Notes under the pieces: generated by a model
Databases searched by the model: none
Told to the model about the DNA's origin: nothing
Seen by the model: only the letters and a program-made list of their open reading frames with translations
Position numbers and translations under genes: made by a program
In this document: positions 1 through 6,175 of the stretch, in pieces
Layout: each line of letters starts with the position of its first letter
Position numbering within the stretch: position 1 is the stretch's first letter
Source of the DNA: a virus
Taxonomy: Duplodnaviria > Heunggongvirae > Uroviricota > Caudoviricetes
Length of the DNA stretch: 13,022 bases
Virus record (IMG/VR): IMGVR_UViG_2534681935_000012
Direction: 5' to 3' (one strand)

Positions 1-281
1 CCATCAAACTGCTGGTTTACATTGATGATGCGGGACCAGCCATCAACGCCCACCACCGGAACGATGCCGTTCTGCTTATCAGGGAAGGCGTAAATTTCTT
101 TCGTCCACGGATTAAGGCCGTACTGGTTGGCGACGATCAACAATGCGATGAACTGCGCATCGCTGGCATCACCTTTAAATGCCGTCTGGCGAAGAGTGGT
201 GATCAGTTCCTGTGGGTCGACAGAATCCATGCCGACACGTTCAGCCAGCTTCCCTGCCAGCGTTGCGAGTGCTGTACTCAT
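1..281 (-). CDS. bet: Bet (RecT-family single-strand annealing recombinase), N-terminal ~93 codons; the gene runs off the window start
   Basis: Minus-strand translation from the ATG at 281 reads MSTALATLAGKLAERVGMDSVDPQELITTLRQTAFKGDASDAQFIALLIVANQYGLNPWTKEIYAFPDKQNGIVPVVGVDGW..., which I recognise as the N-terminus of lambda Bet. Absent from the ORF track because it is truncated by the window edge. Confidence 0.85.
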   Translation of the reverse strand, partial: MSTALATLAGKLAERVGMDSVDPQELITTLRQTAFKGDASDAQFIALLIVANQYGLNPWTKEIYAFPDKQNGIVPVVGVDGWSRIINVNQQFD

Positions 282-286
282 CCGCT

Positions 287-703
287 TTATACCTCTGAAT
301 CAATATCAACCTGGTGGTGAGCAATGGTTTCAACCATGTACCGGATGTGTTCTGCCATGCGCTCCTGAAACTCAACATCGTCATCAAACGCACGGGTAAT
401 GGCTTTTTTGCTGGCCCCGTGGCGTTGCAAATGATCGATGCAGAGTGATTCAAACAGGTGCTGGGGCAGACCTTTTCCCATGTCGTCTGCCAGTTCTGCC
501 TCTTTCTCTTCACGGGCGATCTGCTGGTAGTGACGCGTCCAGCTCTGAGCCTCAAGACGATCCTGAATGTAATAAGCGTTCATGGCTGAACTCCTGAAAT
601 AGCTGTGAAAATATCGCCCGCGAAATGCCGGGCTGATTAGGAAAACAGGAAAGGGGGTTAGTGAATGCTTTTGCTTGATCTCAGTTTCAGTATTAATATC
701 CAT
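287..703 (-). CDS. gam: Gam, host RecBCD nuclease inhibitor (138-aa long form; shorter form would start at the internal MNAYYIQ)
   Basis: ORF-track protein [55 protein letters not shown]... matches lambda Gam as I recall it; sits directly upstream of bet as in lambda. Confidence 0.88.
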   Translation of the reverse strand: MDINTETEIKQKHSLTPFPVFLISPAFRGRYFHSYFRSSAMNAYYIQDRLEAQSWTRHYQQIAREEKEAELADDMGKGLPQHLFESLCIDHLQRHGASKKAITRAFDDDVEFQERMAEHIRYMVETIAHHQVDIDSEV

Positions 704-801
704 TTTTTATAAGCGTCGACGGCCTCACGAAACATCTTTTCATCGCCAATAAAAGTGGCGATAGTGAATTTAGTCTGGATAGCCATAAGTGTTTGATCCA
801 T
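658..801 (-). CDS. kil: Kil, host cell-division inhibitor (47 aa)
   Basis: Within ORF 658..927 the internal ATG at 801 gives [47 protein letters not shown], which I recognise as lambda Kil; it overlaps the gam start as in lambda. Confidence 0.8.
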   Translation of the reverse strand: MDQTLMAIQTKFTIATFIGDEKMFREAVDAYKKWILILKLRSSKSIH

Positions 802-934
802 TTTTTGGGACTCCTGGCTGATTAAGTATGTCGATAAGGCGTTTCCATCCGTCACGTAATTTACGGGTGATTCGTTCAAGTAAAGATTCGGAAGGGCAGC
901 CAGCAACAGGCCACCCTGCAATGGCATATTGCAT
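770..934 (-). CDS. cIII: cIII, inhibitor of FtsH-mediated cII degradation (54 aa)
   Basis: Hand translation of the minus strand from the ATG at 934 gives [54 protein letters not shown] with stop at 772..770. It is in a different frame from the ORF-track entry 658..927 and under the 60-aa cutoff. Recognised as lambda cIII. Confidence 0.85.
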   Translation of the reverse strand: MQYAIAGWPVAGCPSESLLERITRKLRDGWKRLIDILNQPGVPKNGSNTYGYPD

Positions 935-1006
935 GGTGTGCTCCTTATTTATACATAACGAAAAACGCCTCGAGTGAAGCGTTATTGGTATGCGGTAACG
1001 CCGCGC

Positions 1007-1375
1007 TCAGGCGGCTTTGATAGTCATATCATCTGAATCAAATATTCCTGATGTATCGATATCGGTAATTCTTATTCCTTCGCTACCATCCATTGGAGGC
1101 CATCCTTCCTGACCATTTCCATCATTCCAGTCGAACTCACACACAACACCATATGCATTTAAGTCGCTTGAAATTGCTATAAGCAGAGCATGTTGCGCCA
1201 GCATGATTAATACAGCATTTAATAAAGAGCCGTGTTTATTGAGTCGGTATTCAGAGTCTGACCAGAAATTATTAATCTGGTGAAGTTTTTCCTCTGTCAT
1301 TACGTCATGGTCGATTTCAATTTCTATTGATGCTTTCCAGTCGTAATCAATGATGTATTTTTTGATGTTTGACAT
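1007..1375 (-). CDS. ea10: Ea10-like early protein (122 aa)
   Basis: ORF-track protein MSNIKKYIIDYDWKASIEIEIDHDVMTEEK... matches what I recall of lambda Ea10; GAGGA lies about 9 nt upstream of the ATG on the minus strand. Confidence 0.75.
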   Translation of the reverse strand: MSNIKKYIIDYDWKASIEIEIDHDVMTEEKLHQINNFWSDSEYRLNKHGSLLNAVLIMLAQHALLIAISSDLNAYGVVCEFDWNDGNGQEGWPPMDGSEGIRITDIDTSGIFDSDDMTIKAA

Positions 1376-1393
1376 CTGTTCATATCCTCACAG

Positions 1394-1421
1394 ATAAAAA
1401 ATCGCCCTCACATTGGAGGGC
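1394..1421 (-). terminator. Intrinsic terminator on the minus strand (tL-type, presumably read through by N-modified polymerase)
   Basis: Stem GCCCTC (1404-1409) / GAGGGC (1416-1421) with a 6-nt loop. Read on the minus strand the hairpin is followed by GATTTTTTATC; on the plus strand it is not followed by a T-run, which fixes the orientation. Confidence 0.5.
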
Positions 1422-1557
1422 AAAGAAGATTTCCAATAATCAGAACAAGTCGGCTCCTGTTTAGTTACGAGCGACATTGCTCCGTGTATTCACTCGTTGG
1501 AATGAATACACAGTGCTGTGTTTATTCTGTTGTTTATGCCAAAAATAAAGGCCACCA

Positions 1558-1809
1558 TCAGGCAGCCTTGTTGTAAATGTTGCAGGTATCAAGTAAGTAA
1601 TTAGATGGAGCGCCATAAATTATGAATTCATCGTTTGTCGGGTCCATCTCCATCTCTTGTCCTATTGCCATTCTTGCGTCAGTGTCGTCAGCGGCGAAGC
1701 ATAAAACAGCCCACGCACCCATTGTTTTAAAAAGAACTGCAATTGGCTGTGGTTTTACTGAATTTGCGTTAGCGCGAAAATCACAAATCGCACTTTCATG
1801 AAATTCCAT
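1558..1809 (-). CDS. Hypothetical 83-aa protein in the position lambda uses for ral / small pL-operon accessory genes
   Basis: ORF with GAGGTGA about 6 nt upstream of the ATG on the minus strand; protein MEFHESAICDFRANANSVKPQPIAVLFKTMGAW... is not recognised. Confidence 0.55.
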   Translation of the reverse strand: MEFHESAICDFRANANSVKPQPIAVLFKTMGAWAVLCFAADDTDARMAIGQEMEMDPTNDEFIIYGAPSNYLLDTCNIYNKAA

Positions 1810-1867
1810 ATATCACCTCAAATAAGTGGTTTGCTGCCTAATTTCATTTTCTGGCGACCAACACAAG

Positions 1868-2140
1868 TCATCTTGCTGTCAGTTGTTTGGATTTACGGTA
1901 GCCTGCCGCGTAAAGAGCTACATTTGGAAGACAAGTTGAGCCTTCATATTTTCTGGTCAACGTTGTCAGTGTTATTACTTCTGCTCTCATTGCTGGTTTG
2001 CGTTTGCATTGTAAGACCACTCGTGATGGGGTTGGCCTGTGTAGTTTGTCGGAGCTAATCGCCTCCTGACTTTGCAGGTTTGCGCGACGAGCTCTACGGC
2101 GAGAAGCTGCGGTGCCTTTAAATTCTGTTTTTCTGGACAT
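1868..2140 (-). CDS. N: N-like transcription antitermination protein (90 aa from the internal ATG)
   Basis: ORF 1868..2212; the ATG at 2140 is preceded by GGGAGG at about 6 nt. The N-terminus MSRKTEFKGTAASRRRARRANLQ carries an arginine-rich motif like the boxB-binding motif of lambdoid N proteins. Position directly downstream of pL and nutL supports the call. Not lambda N itself. Confidence 0.7.
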   Translation of the reverse strand: MSRKTEFKGTAASRRRARRANLQSQEAISSDKLHRPTPSRVVLQCKRKPAMRAEVITLTTLTRKYEGSTCLPNVALYAAGYRKSKQLTAR

Positions 2141-2238
2141 AGATTCCTCCCGAATAAACTTTGGCGATGCAATCTCGAAGCTCCTCCTGAGACGGTTGCT
2201 TCGGCATTGCATCCCACAGCTTATGTGGTTGGGTGATC

Positions 2239-2284
2239 TGGCTTTTCAGCCACGTAGTCGAGAGTCGACGTTGTTTAAAGAGCC
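2239..2284 (-). promoter_or_regulatory. nutL candidate: boxA plus boxB hairpin
   Basis: Minus strand reads GGCTCTTTAAACAA (boxA-like, plus 2271-2284), then TGGCTGAAAAGCCA (plus 2239-2252): a 4-bp stem TGGC/GCCA around a 6-nt TGAAAA loop, resembling the lambda boxB hairpin and nearly identical to the nutR candidate at 4779-4792. Confidence 0.6.
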
Positions 2285-2329
2285 TGCCAGTCTGTTCCAT
2301 TTGGCTTCCAGCGTCCTGCTGATGGTTAA

Positions 2330-2358
2330 ATAGTACGATATGTACTTCACTTGGTCAA
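2330..2358 (-). promoter_or_regulatory. pL candidate with overlapping operator (OL1-like)
   Basis: Minus strand reads TTGACC - 17 nt - TACTAT (-35 at plus 2358-2353, -10 at 2335-2330). The spacer and -10 contain the 15-bp near-palindrome AGTACATATCGTACT (plus 2332-2346), also found in the pR candidate. Predicted start is about 39 nt upstream of boxA and about 183 nt upstream of the N ATG. Confidence 0.5.
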
Positions 2359-2535
2359 TACAATTTGTTCTAAAACGGGGCGTTTTTTTACAACGCTTTG
2401 TATTTAATAGTATTGTTTTTTAGCGTGGGTGTATTGCCTCGGCGATGTAAGGAGAGATCAGAATTGCGTTGTTTAGTGAGTTGTATCTATTTATTTTCCA
2501 ATAAATACAATTGGTTATGTGTTTTTTGGGCGAGA

Positions 2536-2564
2536 GGAAAAGAAAACCCGGCATGGAGGCCGGG
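2536..2564 (-). terminator. Intrinsic terminator on the minus strand ending the 173-aa gene transcript before pL
   Basis: Stem CCCGGC (2547-2552) / GCCGGG (2559-2564) with loop ATGGAG; on the minus strand it is followed by TTTTCTTTTCC. Confidence 0.55.
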
Positions 2565-2571
2565 TTGATGA

Positions 2572-2694
2572 TTAGCGGTGTGGCCTTGAGCGATAATGCT
2601 CACACACATGTTCAAGATTTCCATGCCTTATCCGTTCATAGGCATTCACATGAACTTCTCGATCGAATTGGTCATTCAAATTGTATGTAGACAT
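2572..2694 (-). CDS. Possible 40-aa small ORF between the 173-aa gene and its terminator
   Basis: Hand translation gives MSTYNLNDQFDREVHVNAYERIRHGNLEHVCEHYRSRPHR with the stop 8 nt before the terminator hairpin. The Shine-Dalgarno is weak (GAGAAA), so this is speculative. Confidence 0.2.
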   Translation of the reverse strand: MSTYNLNDQFDREVHVNAYERIRHGNLEHVCEHYRSRPHR

Positions 2695-2867
2695 CTGTGT
2701 TTTCTCATATTGGCGGCAGCCCTACAACCGCTTGAAAAAATGTACCAGACGCGCTAAGGTTACATCGCAAATATTGTGTACCTTAACAAGGGCTCCTTTT
2801 GGAGGCTCTGGTTAAACAGCATCAATGTCGGACTGGGGAGTTGGACATTGTGCTGAATGCTTTTGCA

Positions 2868-3389
2868 TTATTGAGGCCGAACGTAAACCTTCAGAATTGA
2901 AGAGATGCGTTCGGCTTCTTCGTTTGTGATATCGTTAGGAATGCCTTTAATCGTTACTGTAACCCCTGATTCAGGTCGAAGAACTACTGGAAGATCATAG
3001 GTATGAAGTGCATTAGCCTTGCCTTCGACTTTTGTTGGTTCGCCAGTCAAATCTTTTTCCTCACTGGATTCTTTGTCAATCGGAGTGTATGGGATTTCTT
3101 CACCAGACTGGAAAGCTACAAACTTTTTGATTGCACTTTCCATGCGGCTTTTATATGCAGTAATGCTGCTGTCGCTAGGCTTCGGCTCAGTTGCGTTGAT
3201 GTATCGCTCGGCAAGCTCATTCACATCAAGCTGAGTAACATCACCCATTTCCTCTTCTTGGACTACCGTTAAGAGGCGAGCGGATGAGTTTTTTAAATTT
3301 CGAGCGGTGGCCTCCTTCATTATGTTCAGCGACATAAGCTCTTCAAGGAAGTCCTTGAATGCCTGCACGCTAACGTTTGACTTTGCCAT
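2868..3389 (-). CDS. Hypothetical 173-aa acidic protein in the cI-pL immunity-region slot (position of rexAB / sieB in other lambdoids)
   Basis: Clean ORF, MAKSNVSVQAFKDFLEELMSLNIMKEATARNLK..., no obvious transmembrane segment, followed on its strand by the terminator at 2536-2564. No family recognised. Confidence 0.65.
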   Translation of the reverse strand: MAKSNVSVQAFKDFLEELMSLNIMKEATARNLKNSSARLLTVVQEEEMGDVTQLDVNELAERYINATEPKPSDSSITAYKSRMESAIKKFVAFQSGEEIPYTPIDKESSEEKDLTGEPTKVEGKANALHTYDLPVVLRPESGVTVTIKGIPNDITNEEAERISSILKVYVRPQ

Positions 3390-3750
3390 TTGCTCTCTCT
3401 CTTACCTAAAGAAACAGCAGGCTGGGTCAGCCCTAACAACTTCAAGTGCATCGGTCAGAGAAAGCTCCGTGCTATACAGGTGTTATTTCATATCTTTTTG
3501 CATCCAATAAATTTTCCATCTGTCCAGAGAGCGGATGCACTTGATTCTTGTTGATGGCAGGACGTTTTTTCACCTGCCTCACCCTGCCATACAGGACGCT
3601 GCTCACCGATATCTATCGTCCGGTCATTGATGTTATAGACAATATCCAGATCATTACGGATATACTCAGATGGCCTTATGCTTTCAATGAATAGATGAAC
3701 TTCTTTTTGACCGCTTGATACTCATGGCCATTAAACTCCATCTATCCTCT

Positions 3751-4404
3751 TTACCCAAACGTCTCTTCAGGCCATTGGCTGGCGATAACTTTCCCCACAA
3801 CGGAACAACTCTCATTGCATGGGATCATTGGATATTGCGGGTTTAGTGGTTGTAGAAACACCTGACCGCTATCCCTGATCAGTTTCTTGAAGGTAAATTC
3901 ATCACCACCAAGTCTGGCTATGCAGAAATCGCCGGGCTCAACAGCTTGCTCAGGGTCAACCAGAATTAACATCCCGTCAGGAAAACTAGGTTTGGAACCT
4001 GTTGGTGCGGTCATTGAGTTACCTTCAACCTCAAGCCAGAATGCAGAGTCACTGGCTTTTTTGGTTGTGCTTACCAATCTCTCCGCATCACCTTTGGTAA
4101 AGGTTCTGAGTTCTGGAGAGAACATCCCAGCCTGAACATGAGAAAAAACAGGGTACTCATATTGTTTTTTAACTGGGGCCGATGAGTATTCGCCAACAGG
4201 TGAAAATGTCCCGTCGTGGTTGAATGATATGTTATCAATACCAAGGTATTTAAACACCACACCAATATCACTAAGAGATGGATGACGAGATCCGCGCAAC
4301 CAGTGTCCAATTCCACCCTGCGTCATACCTAGCTCTTCGGCTAACTTCTCTTGAGTTATGCCGAGCTCTTTCATTCTGGATCTAGCCAGTTCATACCATT
4401 TCAT
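3751..4404 (-). CDS. cI: cI-type prophage repressor: N-terminal HTH plus C-terminal LexA-like S24 peptidase domain
   Basis: ORF 3751..4452. I place the start at ATG 4404 ([35 protein letters not shown]...) because AAGGA lies 7 nt upstream; 4410 and 4452 are alternatives. The C-terminal part has [10 protein letters not shown] (Ser of the Ser-Lys dyad) and FTFKKL (Lys), as in LexA/cI autocleaving repressors. Divergent from a cro-like gene. Confidence 0.85.
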   Translation of the reverse strand: MKWYELARSRMKELGITQEKLAEELGMTQGGIGHWLRGSRHPSLSDIGVVFKYLGIDNISFNHDGTFSPVGEYSSAPVKKQYEYPVFSHVQAGMFSPELRTFTKGDAERLVSTTKKASDSAFWLEVEGNSMTAPTGSKPSFPDGMLILVDPEQAVEPGDFCIARLGGDEFTFKKLIRDSGQVFLQPLNPQYPMIPCNESCSVVGKVIASQWPEETFG

Positions 4405-4520
4405 TTTCATGTCCTTATTATTACGCTCTGTACTGGAACCATCCATGCACAATGTGTATTTTTACTTGTATTTGAGAAGTACATATTGTATTTTTTATTC
4501 GTGGTTACTATGGAGGGCAT
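4405..4520. promoter_or_regulatory. Divergent OR / pRM / pR control region between cI and cro
   Basis: AT-rich intergenic region with TACA/TGTA and ACAA/TTGT half-site pairs (e.g. ACAATGTGTA, TACATATTGTA) and the 15-mer AGTACATATTGTATT (4478-4492), which matches the pL-associated operator at 13 of 15 positions. Confidence 0.6.
4466..4494 (+). promoter_or_regulatory. pR candidate
   Basis: TTGTAT (4466-4471) - 17 nt - TATTTT (4489-4494). The spacer TTGAGAAGTACATATTG is nearly the same as the pL spacer AAGTGAAGTACATATCG. GGAGGG (4512-4517) precedes the cro ATG at 4521. Confidence 0.45.
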
Positions 4521-4736
4521 ATGAGCAACCTACGAAAATATCGAGAGTCACTGAATATCTCTCAAACAACACTTGCTAAGGCAGTTGGATGCACACAGGG
4601 AGCTATCGGACATTGGGAATCTGGTCGTCGCTTCCCAGACCTTAAAACATGCCGTGCTCTTGTTGCGTGTCTAAACAAGTTAGGCGCAAAAGTAAGTCTT
4701 GATGACGTGTTCCCGCCGGAGCACAAAGCCGCTTAA
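4521..4736 (+). CDS. cro: Cro-like HTH repressor (71 aa)
   Basis: MSNLRKYRESLNISQTTLAKAVGCTQGAIGHWESGRRFPDL... has an XRE-type helix-turn-helix pattern (QTTLAKAVGCTQGAIGHWE) and is divergent from cI with a good Shine-Dalgarno. Confidence 0.8.
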   Translation: MSNLRKYRESLNISQTTLAKAVGCTQGAIGHWESGRRFPDLKTCRALVACLNKLGAKVSLDDVFPPEHKAA

Positions 4737-4746
4737 TAAGCGGAGC

Positions 4747-4792
4747 CGCTCTTTGTAACAACGGACATTCGTCCTACGTCGCTGAAAAGCGA
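4747..4792 (+). promoter_or_regulatory. nutR candidate: boxA plus boxB hairpin
   Basis: CGCTCTTTGTAACAA (4747-4761) matches the boxA core CGCTCTT; TCGCTGAAAAGCGA (4779-4792) is a 4-bp stem with a TGAAAA loop, the counterpart of the nutL hairpin. It lies just after the cro stop, as in lambda. Confidence 0.6.
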
Positions 4793-4877
4793 GTCCCAAG
4801 ATATCTGACCAACTAAGGCCATATGCGTTTCCACGCATACCTTTCAACTAACTATTCACTATTGGAAATCTTAAGAA

Positions 4878-5222
4878 ATGGAACGAACAAGTTACAGCAA
4901 ACTATCACAGCGCGACGTTGATCGCGCAGAAACAGATTTACTCATCAACCTGTCAACGCTTACACAGCGCGGTCTGGCAAAGATGATTGGCTGTCATGAA
5001 TCGAAGATAAGCAGAACGGACTGGCGGTTTATTGCTTCGGTCTTGTGTGCTTTCGGAATGGCATCAGACATCAGTCCGATTAGCAGGGCTTTTAAGTATG
5101 CGCTTGATGAAATCACAAAGAAAAATCCCCGGCTGCCACCGAGGATTTTAAGCAAATTGATATGCAATTCTGAGGGAATTACTGGATCAATCCACAGGAG
5201 TAATTATGACAAAACGTCGTAA
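4878..5222 (+). CDS. cII: cII-like transcriptional activator (114 aa)
   Basis: Segment ETDLLINLSTLTQRGLAKMIGCHESKISRTDWRFIASVLCAFGM aligns by eye with lambda CII ESALLNKIAMLGTEKTAEAVGVDKSQISRWKRDWIPKFSMLLAVLEW; synteny cro - nutR - cII - O. The Shine-Dalgarno is weak. Confidence 0.65.
   Translation: MERTSYSKLSQRDVDRAETDLLINLSTLTQRGLAKMIGCHESKISRTDWRFIASVLCAFGMASDISPISRAFKYALDEITKKNPRLPPRILSKLICNSEGITGSIHRSNYDKTS
5112..5146 (-). terminator. Candidate antisense (oop-like) intrinsic terminator inside the 3' end of cII
   Basis: Minus strand reads ATCCTCGG-TGGCAG-CCGGGGAT followed by TTTTCTTTGT. The stem is perfect in minus-strand RNA if one G-U pair is allowed, whereas the plus-strand version has a C-A mismatch and no T-run. 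Confidence 0.4.
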
Positions 5223-5367
5223 GAAATACCAGGAAAAAGAAGAGATTCGACACCCTGATTCACCTGAGGGATTAGTGGTAGCCGCAGCAAATAACAGGGC
5301 GTTCGCAGAGCGCCTTGTTGGTGTTTACAGACTAGCCAAAGCAGGAGTGAAACATGGGCGTCGTTAA
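5206..5367 (+). CDS. Possible 53-aa basic small protein between cII and the O-like gene
   Basis: ATG at 5206 preceded by CAGGAG at 5 nt; hand translation [53 protein letters not shown]. It overlaps the cII end by 17 nt and the O start by 14 nt, and is below the ORF-track cutoff. Confidence 0.35.
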   Translation: MTKRRKKYQEKEEIRHPDSPEGLVVAAANNRAFAERLVGVYRLAKAGVKHGRR

Positions 5368-6175
5368 GTTAGCTGATTACAGGCCTCAACTGGAGGTCGT
5401 GGAGCATCGCGTGGCAGATACCGAAGATGGTTTCATGCGCGTTGCTAACGAGATTACCGACAGTCTGCTGATGGCTGATTTAACCGTCCGGCAGTTGAAG
5501 GTGATGCTCGCTATCATGCGCAAGACATACGGATTCAATAAGCCGATGGATCGACTCACAAACACGCAGATAGCAGCCATGACAGGTATTCATCACACTC
5601 ATGTTTGCGCTGCCAAGCGCCAGCTTATTGAGCGTAAATTCCTCATTGCTGATGGCGTGAAAATCGGAGTGAACAAGGTGGTTTCTCAGTGGATTAGCCA
5701 GGACAGCTTAACATTAGCTAAAACAGCTAATAAAACATTAGCCAAGTCGGCTAATGGGTATAAGCCAAGTCAGCTAAACACAAAAGACAATATACAAAAG
5801 ACAATAAATACAAATACCCCCTTACCCCCTAACGGGGATGGCGATGGGCAGGTTAAACCTGAACGTCGCAAGGCAGAACGAATCGACTACGAATCCTTCC
5901 TGAACGCCTACAACACCGAAGTCGGTGACAGACTTCCACACGCTGTTGCGGTCAACGAGAAACGAAAACGCCGCCTGAAGAAAATTATCCCGCAACTGAA
6001 AACGCCAAACGTGGACGGTTTCAGAGCGTATGTCAGGGCGTTTGTGCATCAGGCCAAGCCGTTTTACTTCGGAGACAACGACACGGGCTGGACGGCAGAT
6101 TTTGATTACCTGCTGAGGGAAGATTCGTTAACGGGAGTTCGGGAAGGGAAGTTTGCAGACAGGGGGATTGCATGA
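5354..6175 (+). CDS. Replication initiator, lambda O / P22 gp18 analog (273 aa)
   Basis: Position immediately upstream of and translationally coupled (ATGA overlap at 6172-6175) to a DnaB-type helicase; contains iteron-like repeats and an AT-rich stretch in its middle, the usual lambdoid ori arrangement; Shine-Dalgarno AGGAGTG. Confidence 0.75.
   Translation: MGVVKLADYRPQLEVVEHRVADTEDGFMRVANEITDSLLMADLTVRQLKVMLAIMRKTYGFNKPMDRLTNTQIAAMTGIHHTHVCAAKRQLIERKFLIADGVKIGVNKVVSQWISQDSLTLAKTANKTLAKSANGYKPSQLNTKDNIQKTINTNTPLPPNGDGDGQVKPERRKAERIDYESFLNAYNTEVGDRLPHAVAVNEKRKRRLKKIIPQLKTPNVDGFRAYVRAFVHQAKPFYFGDNDTGWTADFDYLLREDSLTGVREGKFADRGIA
5711..5815. repeat. Candidate replication origin: about six 12-bp iterons plus an AT-rich segment inside the O-like gene
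   Basis: Roughly 12-bp periodic repeats built on TTAGCTAA / AGCTAA / TTAGCC / GGCTAA / AGCCAA cores (5711-5780), followed by CAAAAGACAATATACAAAAGACAATAAATACAAATAC. Confidence 0.5.

Noticed and set aside
127..555. Plus-strand ORF 127-399 and minus-strand ORF 241-555
   Set aside because: Both overlap bet and gam in other frames, and those two genes are supported by recognisable protein sequence.
1798..2058. 86-aa plus-strand ORF with a hydrophobic product
   Set aside because: It is antisense to the N-like gene and overlaps the start of the 83-aa gene; no convincing ribosome-binding site. It looks like a by-product of the opposite-strand coding sequence.
4823..4838. Hairpin ATGCGT-TTCC-ACGCAT as an intrinsic terminator
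   Set aside because: It is not followed by a T-run; if it is part of tR1, termination is more likely Rho-dependent, which cannot be judged from sequence by eye.
5711..5815. The repeat array in the O-like gene as a CRISPR array or mobile-element end
   Set aside because: Repeats are about 12 bp, contiguous without spacers, and lie in-frame inside an intact initiator gene; an iteron origin is the simpler reading. The 30-bp repeats at 11201-11320 likewise lack spacers.
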